A stretch of 64,000 nucleotides of DNA, from positions 566,222 to 630,221 of the forward strand of contig CBDFKF010000003.1 of assembly GCA_965248765.1 (NCBI GenBank), given 5' to 3'. The notes beneath the pieces are model-generated. The model was not told the DNA's origin. It was given only the letters and a program-made list of their open reading frames with translations, and made no database searches. Below are positions 17,334-27,357 of the stretch, in pieces. Positions within the stretch are counted from its first letter, which is position 1. Each line of letters starts with the position of its first letter. Source of the stretch: Alphaproteobacteria bacterium (GTDB lineage: Bacteria; Pseudomonadota; Alphaproteobacteria; VGEJ01). The translations under genes and the position numbers were made by a program.

Positions 17334-18956
17334 TTAAGCCTCCTTGGCCCGCTCGCGTAGGATGTATTTCTGGATCTTGCCGGTCGAGGTCTTCGGCAGC
17401 TCACCGAAGACGACCTCCTTCGGCGCCTTGAAGTGGGCGAGGTTGTCGCGGCAAAAGCCGATGATCGCATCGGCCGTGGCGCCTGCCGCGGGCTTTAGGG
17501 TGACGAAGGCGCAGGGCACCTCGCCCCACTGGTCATCCGGCTTGGCGACGACTGCTGCCTCCAGCACGTCGGGGTGGCGGTACAGCACCCCTTCCACCTC
17601 GATGGTCGAGATGTTCTCGCCGCCTGATATAATGATGTCCTTCGAGCGGTCCTTGAGCTCGATATACCCATCGGCGTGCACGACGCCGAGGTCGCCTGAA
17701 TGGAACCAGCCATCGCGAAAGGCTTCCGCTGTGGCGGTCGGGTTCTTGAGGTAGCCCTTCATGACCACGTTGCCCTGCATCATGACCTCGCCCATGGTCG
17801 TGCCGTCGGCGGGTACCGGGGTCATAGTCTCGGGATCGAAAACCGCGAGTCCTTCGAGCACCGGATAGCGCACCCCTTGGCGCGCCTTCAGGACGGCGCG
17901 GTCGTCAGGCCCACGCGCATCCCACTCGCCGTGCCAATCGCAGACGACCGAGGGGCCGTATGTCTCGGTCAGGCCATAGACGTGGGTCAGGTCGAAGCCC
18001 ATCGCCTCGATGGCGGCAATCACGGCGGCCGGCGGTGCGGCGCCTGCGGTCATCACGTTGACCGGCCGATCAAGCCTGGGCCGCAGGTCCCCGGGCGCGT
18101 TGACCAGCATGTTCAGCACAATCGGCGCGCCGCAGAAATGGGTGATGTCGCTCCCAGCGATGGCCTCGAACACCGCGCCCGCTTCGACCCGCCGCAGGCA
18201 GACGTGGGTGCCGGCGAGCGCACTCATCGTCCAGGTGAAGCACCAGCCGTTGCAGTGAAACATCGGCAGGGTCCAGAGGTAGACCGGGTGCTTCGGCATG
18301 CCCCACGACAAGATGTTGCCGATCGCGTTCAGAAAGGCGCCGCGGTGGTGATAGACCACGCCCTTGGGGTTGCCGGTGGTCCCCGAGGTGTAGTTGAGCG
18401 AGATCGCCCGCCACTCGTCGGCCGGCAGCGTCCACGCATAGTCGGCCGAGCCCTCGTCGAGAAACTCTTCGTAGGTGGTCTCGCCCAGGTAGTCACCGCC
18501 CGAGGCGAGCGGATCGTCAATGTCGATGACCAGCGGCCGCTTTTCGACGTTGGCCAGCGCCTCGGCGATGACCGGGCTGAACTCGCGGTCGGTGATCAAC
18601 ACCTTGGCGCCGCCGTGGTCGAGGATGAAAGCGATCGTCGCCGCATCGAGACGGATGTTCAGCGCATTGAGCACCGCGCCCGTCGCCGGCACGCCGTAGT
18701 GCGCCTCGAGGTGCGCCGGTACGTTGGGAGCCATCACCGCGACGGTATCGCCGGGCTTGATGCCGCGTCGCACCAACGCGCTCGCGAGACGCCGGCACCG
18801 TGCATAGAGCGTCCGGTAATCGTAGGACCAGTCGCCATGAACGACCGCGGTGTGGTCGGGATGGATGGCCGCCGCGCGCTCCAACAGGCTCAACGGGCTC
18901 AATGGCTGATGGTTGGCCGCCACCCGATCGAGATCGGTCTCGTATGGGTTGCCCAT
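17334..18956 (-). CDS. AMP-dependent acyl-CoA synthetase
   Basis: ATG at 18956 is preceded by AGGGAGG. MGNPYETDLDRVAANHQPLSPLSLLERAA..., with the motifs YTSGTTGNPKGV, VYGLTETYG, WFHSGDLG and PKTSTGKIQK. Confidence 0.85.
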   Translation of the reverse strand: MGNPYETDLDRVAANHQPLSPLSLLERAAAIHPDHTAVVHGDWSYDYRTLYARCRRLASALVRRGIKPGDTVAVMAPNVPAHLEAHYGVPATGAVLNALNIRLDAATIAFILDHGGAKVLITDREFSPVIAEALANVEKRPLVIDIDDPLASGGDYLGETTYEEFLDEGSADYAWTLPADEWRAISLNYTSGTTGNPKGVVYHHRGAFLNAIGNILSWGMPKHPVYLWTLPMFHCNGWCFTWTMSALAGTHVCLRRVEAGAVFEAIAGSDITHFCGAPIVLNMLVNAPGDLRPRLDRPVNVMTAGAAPPAAVIAAIEAMGFDLTHVYGLTETYGPSVVCDWHGEWDARGPDDRAVLKARQGVRYPVLEGLAVFDPETMTPVPADGTTMGEVMMQGNVVMKGYLKNPTATAEAFRDGWFHSGDLGVVHADGYIELKDRSKDIIISGGENISTIEVEGVLYRHPDVLEAAVVAKPDDQWGEVPCAFVTLKPAAGATADAIIGFCRDNLAHFKAPKEVVFGELPKTSTGKIQKYILRERAKEA

Positions 18957-19110
18957 GGCCGGAGTGCCTCCCTGATCTCGCGACTGGCGCCACACGATGC
19001 GACGGGTCGTCGCAGTCGTCAACGCACCACGCGCGAGCCTCCAGCAATTGCTCCCCCGGCGCAAAACGGGCAGAGTCGCGCGGTGGCGGAAGAGAGCGCG
19101 GGGTAAGCCG

Positions 19111-21024
19111 ATGAGCCGCTATGACGAGACGTACGGGCGGTGGCAGGCTGAGCCGCAGGCATTCTGGGCCGAGGCCGCCGAGTCCATCGACTGGTACCGC
19201 CGCTGGGACCGCGTCCTCGATGATACGCGCCCGCCGTTCTACCGCTGGTTCGCCGGCGCCGAGACCAATACCTGCCACAACGCCCTCGACCGCCATATCG
19301 ATGCGGGACGCGGCGACCAGACCGCGCTGATCTACGACAGCCCGGTCACCGACACAGTGGAACGCTTCACGTACAAAGAGCTGCGCTTGATGGTCGCGCG
19401 GTTTGCCGGCGCGCTCCGCCGTCACGGGATCGAGCGCGGCGATCGCATCATCATCTACATGCCGATGGTGCCGGAGACGGTGATCGCGATGCTCGCCTGC
19501 GCCCGGCTCGGCGCCGTCCACTCAGTCGTCTTCGGCGGCTTCGCCGCCAACGAGTTGGCTATCCGCATCGACGATGCCAAGCCCAAGCTCGTGCTCACCG
19601 CCTCTTGCGGCATCGAGGTCGACCGCGTGATCCCATACAAGCCGCTGTTGGACGGTGCGATCGCCCTGGCCTCGAGCAAGCCCGAGGCCTGCGTCATCCT
19701 GCAACGCCCGCAGGGCCCGGCCGAGCTTACCAAAGGGCGCGACATCGATTGGCGCGATTTCGTCGACGGAGCACTGCCGACCGGTTGCGTGCCGGTCGCC
19801 GCCACCGACCCTCTGTACATCCTCTACACCTCGGGCACCACCGGCCTGCCCAAGGGCGTGGTCCGCGACAACGGCGGCCACATGGTGGCGCTCAAATGGA
19901 GCATGGGGAACATCTATGGGGTCGAGCTCGGCGAGACCTACTGGGCCGCCTCCGATGTCGGTTGGGTGGTCGGCCACTCCTATATCGTCTACGCGCCGCT
20001 CCTGCATGGCGCGACCACCATCCTTTATGAGGGCAAGCCCGTCGGCACGCCCGATCCCGGCGCCTTCTGGCGGGTGATCGCGCAGCACGGCGTGGTCGCC
20101 CTGTTCACGGCGCCCACCGCCTTCCGCGCGATCAAGCGCGACGATCCCGAGGCCGCCTATCTGGCGCCGCATGATCTCAGCCGCTTCCGCACCCTGTTCC
20201 TGGCCGGCGAGCGCGCCGATCCCGACACACTGCAGTGGGCCGAACAACATCTCGGCGTCCCAGTGATCGACCATTGGTGGCAGACCGAGACCGGCTGGGC
20301 GATCACCGCGAACTGCGCCGGGCTGGGGTTCTTTCCCGTCAAGCACGGCTCGCCCGGCAAGGCGATCCCCGGCTACGATGTCCGCGCCCTCAACGAACAC
20401 GGTGAGGAGATGCCGCCCGGCGAGACCGGTGCGCTTGCCATCCGCCTGCCGTTGCCGCCGGGCTCTCTGCCGACGCTGTGGAACAACGATGACGGGTTCC
20501 GCGAATTCTACCTCGCCCAGCTTCCCGGCCACTACCTGACCGCCGATGCCGGCTATCGCGATGACGAGGGTTATGTCTACGTGATGAGCCGCACCGACGA
20601 CATCATCAACGTCGCCGGACACCGCCTTTCGACCGGTGGCATGGAGGAGGTGCTGGCAAGCCATCCCGACGTCGCCGAGTGCGCCGTCATCGGCATCGCC
20701 GATCAGCTCAAGGGGCAGGTGCCGCTCGGCTTCGTCGTCCTCAACGCCGGGGTCGCTCGGGCCGCGGACGAGATCGAGGGCGAGCTCGTCGGCCTAGTAC
20801 GCGAGCGCATCGGGCCGGTCGCCGCCTACAAGCAGAGCCGGATCGTCAGGCGCCTACCCAAGACGCGCTCGGGCAAGGTCCTACGCGGCACCATGCGCCG
20901 GATTGCCGACGGCGAGGCCTATCGCATGCCGGCGACCATCGACGATCCGGCGATCCTGGATGAAATAACCGAAAGCCTGCGCGAGATCGGACTGGCCGCG
21001 GGCGCACGGGAGGAGGTGGCGTGA
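19111..21024 (+). CDS. Propionate--CoA ligase-like (PrpE/Acs family) acyl-CoA synthetase
   Basis: MSRYDETYGRWQAEPQAFWAEAAESIDWYRRWDRVLDDTRPPFYRWFAGAETNTCHNALDRHI resembles PrpE N-termini. Motifs are YTSGTTGLPKGV, WWQTETG and PKTRSGKVLR. The length is 637 aa. Confidence 0.8.
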   Translation: MSRYDETYGRWQAEPQAFWAEAAESIDWYRRWDRVLDDTRPPFYRWFAGAETNTCHNALDRHIDAGRGDQTALIYDSPVTDTVERFTYKELRLMVARFAGALRRHGIERGDRIIIYMPMVPETVIAMLACARLGAVHSVVFGGFAANELAIRIDDAKPKLVLTASCGIEVDRVIPYKPLLDGAIALASSKPEACVILQRPQGPAELTKGRDIDWRDFVDGALPTGCVPVAATDPLYILYTSGTTGLPKGVVRDNGGHMVALKWSMGNIYGVELGETYWAASDVGWVVGHSYIVYAPLLHGATTILYEGKPVGTPDPGAFWRVIAQHGVVALFTAPTAFRAIKRDDPEAAYLAPHDLSRFRTLFLAGERADPDTLQWAEQHLGVPVIDHWWQTETGWAITANCAGLGFFPVKHGSPGKAIPGYDVRALNEHGEEMPPGETGALAIRLPLPPGSLPTLWNNDDGFREFYLAQLPGHYLTADAGYRDDEGYVYVMSRTDDIINVAGHRLSTGGMEEVLASHPDVAECAVIGIADQLKGQVPLGFVVLNAGVARAADEIEGELVGLVRERIGPVAAYKQSRIVRRLPKTRSGKVLRGTMRRIADGEAYRMPATIDDPAILDEITESLREIGLAAGAREEVA

Positions 21025-21800
21025 TGCGGCTTCAAGGCAAGGTGGCGGTAGTGACGGGGGCGGCGCGCGGGATCGGCCAGGCGTGCGCCGGTCGCTTCGG
21101 GGCCGAAGGCGCCAAGGTCGTTCTCGCGGACATCATCGATGACGAGGGCGAAGCGGCGGCCGAGGCCATTCGCGAGGCCGGCGGCGAAGCTGCCTTCATC
21201 CACTGCGATACCGGCGATGCGGCCCAAGCCCGAGCGTTGATCGCCAGCGCCGTCGCTCGCTTCGGCAGCATCGACGTGCTCGTCAACAACGCCGGCATCG
21301 CCACCTTCGGCGATTTCCTCGAGGTGACCGAGGAGGACTTCGACAAGGTCCTGCGGGTCAACCTCAAGGGCTACTTCCTGGTCGGCCAGGCGGCGGCCCG
21401 GGAGATGGCAGCCGGCAACGGCGGCTCGATCATCAACATGTCGTCGGTGAACGCGGTGATGGCGATCGAGACGATCACCCCCTATGTCGTCAGCAAGGGT
21501 GGCGTCAATCAGCTCACCGCGGTGATGGCGATCGCGCTTGCCAAACGCGGCGTGCGGGTCAATGCGATCGGCCCCGGCACAGTGCTCACGACCATGTCCG
21601 CCGCGCTGCGCACCGACAAGGAGGCGCGGCACCGCTTGCTCTCGCGCACCCCGATCGGGCGTTTCGCCGAGCCCGCGGAGATCGCTGGCATCGCCGTGTT
21701 CCTCGCCAGTGAGGATGCGGCTTATGTCACGGGTCAGGTGATCTACGCCGACGGCGGCCGCCTCCGCCTCAACTACACCGTCCCGGTCGACGAGGCCTGA
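21021..21800 (+). CDS. SDR-family oxidoreductase
   Basis: TGAARGIG, NNAG and the YVVSKGG catalytic motif. It overlaps the upstream ligase gene by 4 nt. Confidence 0.85.
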   Translation: MMRLQGKVAVVTGAARGIGQACAGRFGAEGAKVVLADIIDDEGEAAAEAIREAGGEAAFIHCDTGDAAQARALIASAVARFGSIDVLVNNAGIATFGDFLEVTEEDFDKVLRVNLKGYFLVGQAAAREMAAGNGGSIINMSSVNAVMAIETITPYVVSKGGVNQLTAVMAIALAKRGVRVNAIGPGTVLTTMSAALRTDKEARHRLLSRTPIGRFAEPAEIAGIAVFLASEDAAYVTGQVIYADGGRLRLNYTVPVDEA

Positions 21801-21803
21801 GCG

Positions 21804-22982
21804 CTACTCGGCGGCGGCCTCTTGCGCAGCGGCAGCGGCGAACCGGAAGGTCATGAAGTCGGTTTCGTGCGGCGGGCCGGCCGCGAGCTCGACCTTGGGA
21901 TCATCGGCAAGCGTGTTGTAGATCATCGCGCCGGCCGTGAAGCCGACCAGGTTGGGATCGTCAGGATCGGCGGCGCGCGAGATCGGATGGCGGGGGTCAT
22001 CCCGCGAGCACAGGGTCTCTTTGATCACCGCCTCCGTAATGCGCGCGCCCGGCGCCGCGATGCGCCGTGTGAGGCCCTCATAGCGTATCTCTGAGTTGGT
22101 CGGGGCCATCGCGCCGGCACCTTGGGCGCCACCGCTCTCGCCCCCCTCGGTCGTCGCCCACGCTGCCCGGTCGTCGTTGGCGAAGGCGTGGTTGGTATGC
22201 CACACCCGGTCGGCATCCGCACCCGGGCGATGGGCCGCGACCCTATTGGCTGAGCATTCGAGCGAGACCACCCGTCCGGGCGCGCCGATCGTGTAATTCT
22301 GGCCCGAGGCGTGCGGCACCTCCTCGACGAAAGCGACCGCCTCATCGAGGCTTGCGCAGCCGAGAACGCCGCGGGTGAGGAACTGAACCGGCAAGCCGTC
22401 GCGGCGGTGGGCGAGACCGAGCAGCGCGTTGCAACAGACCGCAAGGCCCGCCCCGTTCATCCCGTTCAGGCCGAGCATGCCGGCGATGGTAAAGACCAAG
22501 CTGCGTTCACCGCTGTCTGGGTCGTCGTGGCGCAAGAGCACCTGATGGCCATCGGTCCACCCGGCGATGTCCATGGTCTGGGCGACGAACGTGGGGAGGC
22601 CTTCCTGGCCAGCGATGCCGAGAGCGCTGCAATGCTTGCCCTCGCCGCCTTCGTCGGCGCGCCAGTCCTTACCGAACCACCATTCCTCGTCCATCAGGTT
22701 GAAGGCGAGCATGAGGTCGCGATCGACGCTCGCGCCCTCGGCCATGCCGGCGATCTCCTCCGTCAGCGTGGGTGTCCAGCGCTCGATCGCCGGGACGAAG
22801 GCGGTGGCCGCGAGGAAGGCATCGACATAGGCCCGCGGCGGACGCGTCTGCGCCTGCTCGAGATCGGCGAACCAGTGGCCGAAGGCGCTGTCGATACGGG
22901 CGCGCTGGCTCTCGCCATAGGCCCGGCCGCGCTCGCGCGGGCCGCCGCACAGGTCCACCACCGGCATCTCTCGTGTGCGCAT
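21804..22982 (-). CDS. C45-family peptidase / acyl-CoA:6-aminopenicillanic-acid acyltransferase (AAT)-like protein
   Basis: 392 aa. A candidate Ntn nucleophile context is GKHCSALGIAG, followed by TMDI and later GQNYTIG. The overall pattern resembles PF03417-type proteins, but this is recognised by eye only. Confidence 0.6.
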   Translation of the reverse strand: MRTREMPVVDLCGGPRERGRAYGESQRARIDSAFGHWFADLEQAQTRPPRAYVDAFLAATAFVPAIERWTPTLTEEIAGMAEGASVDRDLMLAFNLMDEEWWFGKDWRADEGGEGKHCSALGIAGQEGLPTFVAQTMDIAGWTDGHQVLLRHDDPDSGERSLVFTIAGMLGLNGMNGAGLAVCCNALLGLAHRRDGLPVQFLTRGVLGCASLDEAVAFVEEVPHASGQNYTIGAPGRVVSLECSANRVAAHRPGADADRVWHTNHAFANDDRAAWATTEGGESGGAQGAGAMAPTNSEIRYEGLTRRIAAPGARITEAVIKETLCSRDDPRHPISRAADPDDPNLVGFTAGAMIYNTLADDPKVELAAGPPHETDFMTFRFAAAAAQEAAAE

Positions 22983-23015
22983 GATCGCCCTCCCGCGCCG
23001 CAGCGCGGCGGCCGC

Positions 23016-24005
23016 CTAATCCGTTGGCTTGTCGGACTCGGCGGCCTTGGTCTCCTCCTCCGCTTTGGCCTTGGGCCAGACCGCACCGAGAGTGACGCGG
23101 GCGGTCTCCGGTTTGTCCGCCGCCCCGCCGGGTTCCTTGGTGGCCGGCACTGGGCCTGCACCAATGGCGCCGCCGCCCGTCATTGGCTCAGCCGAGGGTG
23201 GCTGGACGCGGAACACGTCCTCGGCGCTGGGGCTTGCCTCGGTTTCCTGCGTATCGCTCCGGACCGCGCCGCCATCTGGGCCAAACACCGATTCCGCCGT
23301 CGGCGCGCTCGGCTGGGTGGCCGCCGCCGGCGAAGCCGCGGTGACAACCGGCCGGGCGGGCGCCGGCGGCGGCGTCACGATCTCGGCGATCGGCGGCGCC
23401 GAAGGCCCGGCAGGCGCCGCCTTGTCACCGGCGGCGCCTGCCTTGGCGTTCGGCTTGGCATCTCGCTCGGCGCGCTTTCGTTCACGGGCAGCCGCCGTCG
23501 TGACCGCCTCGTCGAGGTCTTGCTGCGAGCACAATCCGAGCGAGACCGGATCCTGCGGTCTGATGTTCTGAATGTTCCAGTGGCTACGTTCGCGAATGGC
23601 GTTGATGGTCGGTTTGGTCGTGCCGACCATTCGCGATATTTGTGCATCGCTCAGCTCGGGGTGGTAGCGCAACAACCACGAGATGGCGTTCGGCCGATCC
23701 TGCCGTTTCGACACCGGCGTGTAGCGCGGGCCTTTGGGGCGGGCGCGCGGCAACACCACCCGCGGCTCCGCTAGCTGAAGCTTGCGCCGGGGGTCGCTCT
23801 CGCACGCCTCGATCTCCTCGCGGCTGAGCTGGCCCCGGCTGATCGGATCGAGACCGACGATGCCGATCGCAACCTCCTCATCGGCAATACCCTGCACCTC
23901 AAGCGGATGCAGACCGCAAAACACTGCGATCTGCTCGAACCTCAAGCCCGTATTCTCGACCAGCCACACCGCGGTCGCTTTCGGCATCAATGGGAGCGTC
24001 GTCAT
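23016..24005 (-). CDS. DUF1013 domain protein with an Ala/Pro-rich C-terminal extension
   Basis: MTTLPLMPKATAVWLVENTGLRFEQIAVFCGLHPLEVQGIADEEVAIGIVGLDPI...RYTPVSKRQDRPNAISWLLRYHPELSDAQI is the conserved alphaproteobacterial DUF1013 pattern. Confidence 0.7.
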   Translation of the reverse strand: MTTLPLMPKATAVWLVENTGLRFEQIAVFCGLHPLEVQGIADEEVAIGIVGLDPISRGQLSREEIEACESDPRRKLQLAEPRVVLPRARPKGPRYTPVSKRQDRPNAISWLLRYHPELSDAQISRMVGTTKPTINAIRERSHWNIQNIRPQDPVSLGLCSQQDLDEAVTTAAARERKRAERDAKPNAKAGAAGDKAAPAGPSAPPIAEIVTPPPAPARPVVTAASPAAATQPSAPTAESVFGPDGGAVRSDTQETEASPSAEDVFRVQPPSAEPMTGGGAIGAGPVPATKEPGGAADKPETARVTLGAVWPKAKAEEETKAAESDKPTD

Positions 24006-24154
24006 TCATCCTCCTCGGAGCCAGCGCGCCTTCGCGCCGGCCTGTGCGGATCCTCTGCAACATATAGTGATGCCTGCGCACGTGCAAAAGATGGCCCGTC
24101 CGCCCTGCCTGAGGTCACCTTGCTGGCCCCCGGCGTTGGGCGTATAACCGAAAG

Positions 24155-24360
24155 CGACGGCTCCCGAAAGGGATCAATAGGGAACACGGTGCGGCCGTGG
24201 TCTTCGGAGTGGTGCGCCTGCGCACCGATCCGGCGGCCGGAGCCAAAACCGGGGCTGCCCCCGCAACTGTAGGCGGCAAGCTCGCGTCCACGAGCGCCAC
24301 TGGGAAACTGGGAAGGCCGGACGCGTCGCGCAGAGTCGCAAGCCAGGAGACCTGCCGTCG
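24155..24360 (+). promoter_or_regulatory. Cobalamin (B12) riboswitch aptamer
   Basis: P1 strands CGACGGC (24155-24161) and GCCGTCG (24354-24360). Conserved cores are AATAGGGAACACGGTG (24176-24191), GCTGCCCCCGCAACTGTAG (24254-24272), GCCACTGGGAAACTGGGAAGGC (24296-24317) and the B12 box AGCCAGGAGACCTGCC (24341-24356). It lies upstream of a TonB-dependent receptor. Confidence 0.85.
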
Positions 24361-24584
24361 AAGGCGATCACCCAACCGGCGGACGGGGTGTGCCACCGGT
24401 GCGGAACTCCGTAGTGGTGACGTCGTGAACGCGGCCTGCTGTTACGGGAGTTCGGCGTGATCGGCACCGAACACTCCGTTGATGATCGTTTCCGCCTTGC
24501 CCGCTACGGGCGGGCGTCGGCGCGCCCAGCCAACATCGGCGCGGCGGCAGGCCCTTTGTTCCCGGAACACCGACGGAGCCTGCC

Positions 24585-26531
24585 ATGCCCAGAGACCATG
24601 TCGGCGAGGGCGCAATCGCTCTCGGCGTGTTGTTGTTTTGCCCGTTCACTGCGCTCGCCCAGACCGGCGGTGCCCCGCTCGTACCCGAAGTGGTCGTCAC
24701 CGCCACCCGCTTGCCAACCGCCATCGAGGAGATCGGAAGCTCGGTCACCGTGATCACTGCCGAGACCATCGAGGAGAGAGGATACCGTGCGGTCCCCGAA
24801 GCCCTGCGCGGGGTCCCGGGGCTTCACGTGGTCCAGGTCGGTGGGCCGGGCCGGATCGCGTCGGTGTTCGCCCGCGGCGCTAACTCGAACCACACCCTGG
24901 TGCTCGTCGACGGTATCGAGATGAGCGATCCGAGCGCGCCGAACGGTGCGTTCAACTACTCCCACCTCCTGACCACGGACCTCGACCGGATCGAAGTGCT
25001 GCGCGGGCCCCAGAGCACGCTCTACGGCTCCGACGCGATCGGCGCTGTTGTCAGTATGGTCACCGCACCCGGCCGCGGTCGACCAAGCATCAGCGGCCGC
25101 CTCGAAGGCGGCTCCAATGAGACCGGCAGCCTCGGCGTGCGCATCGCTGGCGAGACCGGCCCGCTCGCCTTCGCGGCCACGGCTGCCGGGTACACCACCG
25201 CCGGCGAGTCGATCACGGCAAGCCGGTTGCGCGGTGGCGCGGCCGAAGAAGACGATGCGTACGAGAATCTAACCGGTTCGATTCGCCTCGATTACCGCCC
25301 GACTGGCGAGAGCGAGGTCACGCTCGTCGCGCGCTATATCGAAAGCGAGACCGAGCTGGACCCGGGTGGAGAAGATCCTGACGCCTTCGAGGCCACCCAG
25401 CAGTACTTCGCCCGGGCCGAGGCCCGGACCGTGCTGTTCGACGGAGTATGGGAGCCACGGATCTCGGTCTCCCACACGCACCACGATCGCGACGACGTCA
25501 ACCGCTTGGATGCGCTGTCGCCAACCGACAGCGTCATCTTCAACAGCGGTGATCGCACCAAGATCGAGTGGCGCAACGATCTCTTCGCCCACCCCGATCA
25601 CGTGCTCACCATCGGCTTCGAGAACGAGAGCGAGCGCTTCACCAACCTGCAAAGCGGCGCCTTCGGCTTCGGCTTCACAATCATCGGTGCCTCGAAGGCC
25701 GACGTGCGCACAAATTCTGCGTACATCCAGGATCAGTTCAGCTTCTCCGACCGTGTCTTCGGCACTATCGGCGCCCGCATCGATGACCACGATCAATTCG
25801 ACCCCGAAATCACCTATCGATTAGCGCCCGTCTATTGGCATCGCGAGACTGACACGCGGCTCAAGGGCGCGATCGGCACCGGCTTTCGCGCGCCGTCTCT
25901 GTTCGAGCTTTTCGGCTCCTCGTTTAATAGCTTCGGCGGTGTCGGTACCGGCGATCCGAACCTCGAACCCGAGACCAGCCGGGGATGGGAGGTCGGTCTC
26001 GACCAGGCTCTCCTGGACGGCGCGGTCACGTTTGGCGCCACGTACTTCGAGAGCGAAATCAAGGACCTCATCGTCATCGTCTTCGATTTCCCCGATTCGC
26101 GGACCGTCAATCTCAACGAAGCGGACCTGCGGGGTATCGAAGCGTTTGCCGCGGTCGCTCCCTGGCAGAACGTCGAGGCCCGCCTCGACTATACTTACAC
26201 CCGCGCCGAGGACGCGAACACCAGCACCGATCTCCTGCGGCGGCCCAAGCACAAGATCGATCTCGACGTCCGCTACCACCCCTGGCCCGCCGCCACCATC
26301 GCCGCTGGCATGATCCTGGTCGGTCGCCAGACCGATGTAACGTTCGCCACCGGCCAAATCATCAAACGCGGCAGCTACACCGTGTTTGACCTCGCCGGCA
26401 GCTACGATGTGACGCTTGATGTGCGGCTGTCGGCGCGCATCGAGAATCTATTGGATCGCGACCACGACGTCGCCGACGGCTTCCGCGGCTTCGGCCGTCG
26501 TGGCTATCTCGGCTTGTATGCGCGGTTCTAG
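24585..26531 (+). CDS. btuB: TonB-dependent receptor, BtuB-like cobalamin outer-membrane transporter
   Basis: Signal peptide ending FTALAQ, TonB box PEVVVTATR, plug motifs (RGANSNHTLVLVDGIEM) and a C-terminal barrel ending YLGLYARF. The gene sits behind the B12 riboswitch. Confidence 0.8.
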   Translation: MPRDHVGEGAIALGVLLFCPFTALAQTGGAPLVPEVVVTATRLPTAIEEIGSSVTVITAETIEERGYRAVPEALRGVPGLHVVQVGGPGRIASVFARGANSNHTLVLVDGIEMSDPSAPNGAFNYSHLLTTDLDRIEVLRGPQSTLYGSDAIGAVVSMVTAPGRGRPSISGRLEGGSNETGSLGVRIAGETGPLAFAATAAGYTTAGESITASRLRGGAAEEDDAYENLTGSIRLDYRPTGESEVTLVARYIESETELDPGGEDPDAFEATQQYFARAEARTVLFDGVWEPRISVSHTHHDRDDVNRLDALSPTDSVIFNSGDRTKIEWRNDLFAHPDHVLTIGFENESERFTNLQSGAFGFGFTIIGASKADVRTNSAYIQDQFSFSDRVFGTIGARIDDHDQFDPEITYRLAPVYWHRETDTRLKGAIGTGFRAPSLFELFGSSFNSFGGVGTGDPNLEPETSRGWEVGLDQALLDGAVTFGATYFESEIKDLIVIVFDFPDSRTVNLNEADLRGIEAFAAVAPWQNVEARLDYTYTRAEDANTSTDLLRRPKHKIDLDVRYHPWPAATIAAGMILVGRQTDVTFATGQIIKRGSYTVFDLAGSYDVTLDVRLSARIENLLDRDHDVADGFRGFGRRGYLGLYARF

Positions 26532-27357
26532 GGTGCGTGGCCGGGCGAAGCTGTCGATCGTCCTCGCGGTTCTGGTGGGACTGCAGGGAGCGGCGCTGGC
26601 CGCGGCGCCCGAGCGGGTCGTCTCGCTGAACCTCTGCGTGGATCTGCTGCTCCTACAGCTGGCGGATCGCGCGCGTATCGCATCGCTCACGCATCTCGCC
26701 ACGGATCCTGAGCTCTCCCCCCTCGCGCGCGAGGCCGAGGGTCTACCGCAGAACCACGGCTCCGCCGAGGAAATCCTGAGCTACGACCCCGACCTGGTGA
26801 TCGCCGGTGCCCTGACGACGCGGCCGACGGTTGCCCTCCTTGAAAAACTCGGTCGCCCGGTTCTGAAGCTGCCGCCGGCTGAGAGCTTCGTTGCGGTGCG
26901 CGCGCTGGTCCGCGAGGTGGCGAGGGCGCTCGGCGAGGAAAAGCGGGGCGAAACCCTGATAGCCGATACGGACGCGCGGCTCGCCGCCATCCCCCCGCCA
27001 GCGCTCGAGCCCGAGCGCGCCGTCGTTTACGAGCCCCACGGCTATACCGCCGGTCGCAACACGCTGGTGGACGAGGTCATCCGCGCCGCCGGCATGCGCA
27101 ACCTCGCGGCCGAGCTCGGCATCGCCGGACACAAAAACCTCCCGCTCGAGGTGCTGTTGTTGGCGGAGCCCGAGCGGCTGATCATTTCGAGCTATCGCCC
27201 CGATCAAGCCTCGCTCGCTCGAGAACTCTTACGTCATCCCGCGCTCAGCGCTGGCGTCGCCGGCGAGCCCATCGCGCTGCCGACCAATCTGTGGGTATGC
27301 GGCAATCCCCTCATGGTCGGCGCGGTTGAATTGTTGGCGGAGGCGCGGCGGCGATGA
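26518..27357 (+). CDS. Periplasmic binding protein of the FecB/BtuF class
   Basis: Signal-like AKLSIVLAVLVGLQGAALAAAP, then ERVVSLNLCVDLLLLQLAD and DPDLVIAG. The start is ATG 26518 or GTG 26533. The longer ORF-track N-terminus overlaps btuB. Confidence 0.7.
   Translation: MRGSRVRGRAKLSIVLAVLVGLQGAALAAAPERVVSLNLCVDLLLLQLADRARIASLTHLATDPELSPLAREAEGLPQNHGSAEEILSYDPDLVIAGALTTRPTVALLEKLGRPVLKLPPAESFVAVRALVREVARALGEEKRGETLIADTDARLAAIPPPALEPERAVVYEPHGYTAGRNTLVDEVIRAAGMRNLAAELGIAGHKNLPLEVLLLAEPERLIISSYRPDQASLARELLRHPALSAGVAGEPIALPTNLWVCGNPLMVGAVELLAEARRR

Noticed and set aside
17700-19106. 468-aa antisense ORF, plus similar long shadow ORFs at 7413-8504, 11432-12763, 19522-20664, 22311-23774, 35670-36641, 43562-44407 and 59388-60665
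   Set aside because: Each overlaps a confidently identified gene on the other strand and has no motifs. The composition is dominated by R, G, A, P and D, as expected from antisense GC-rich codons.
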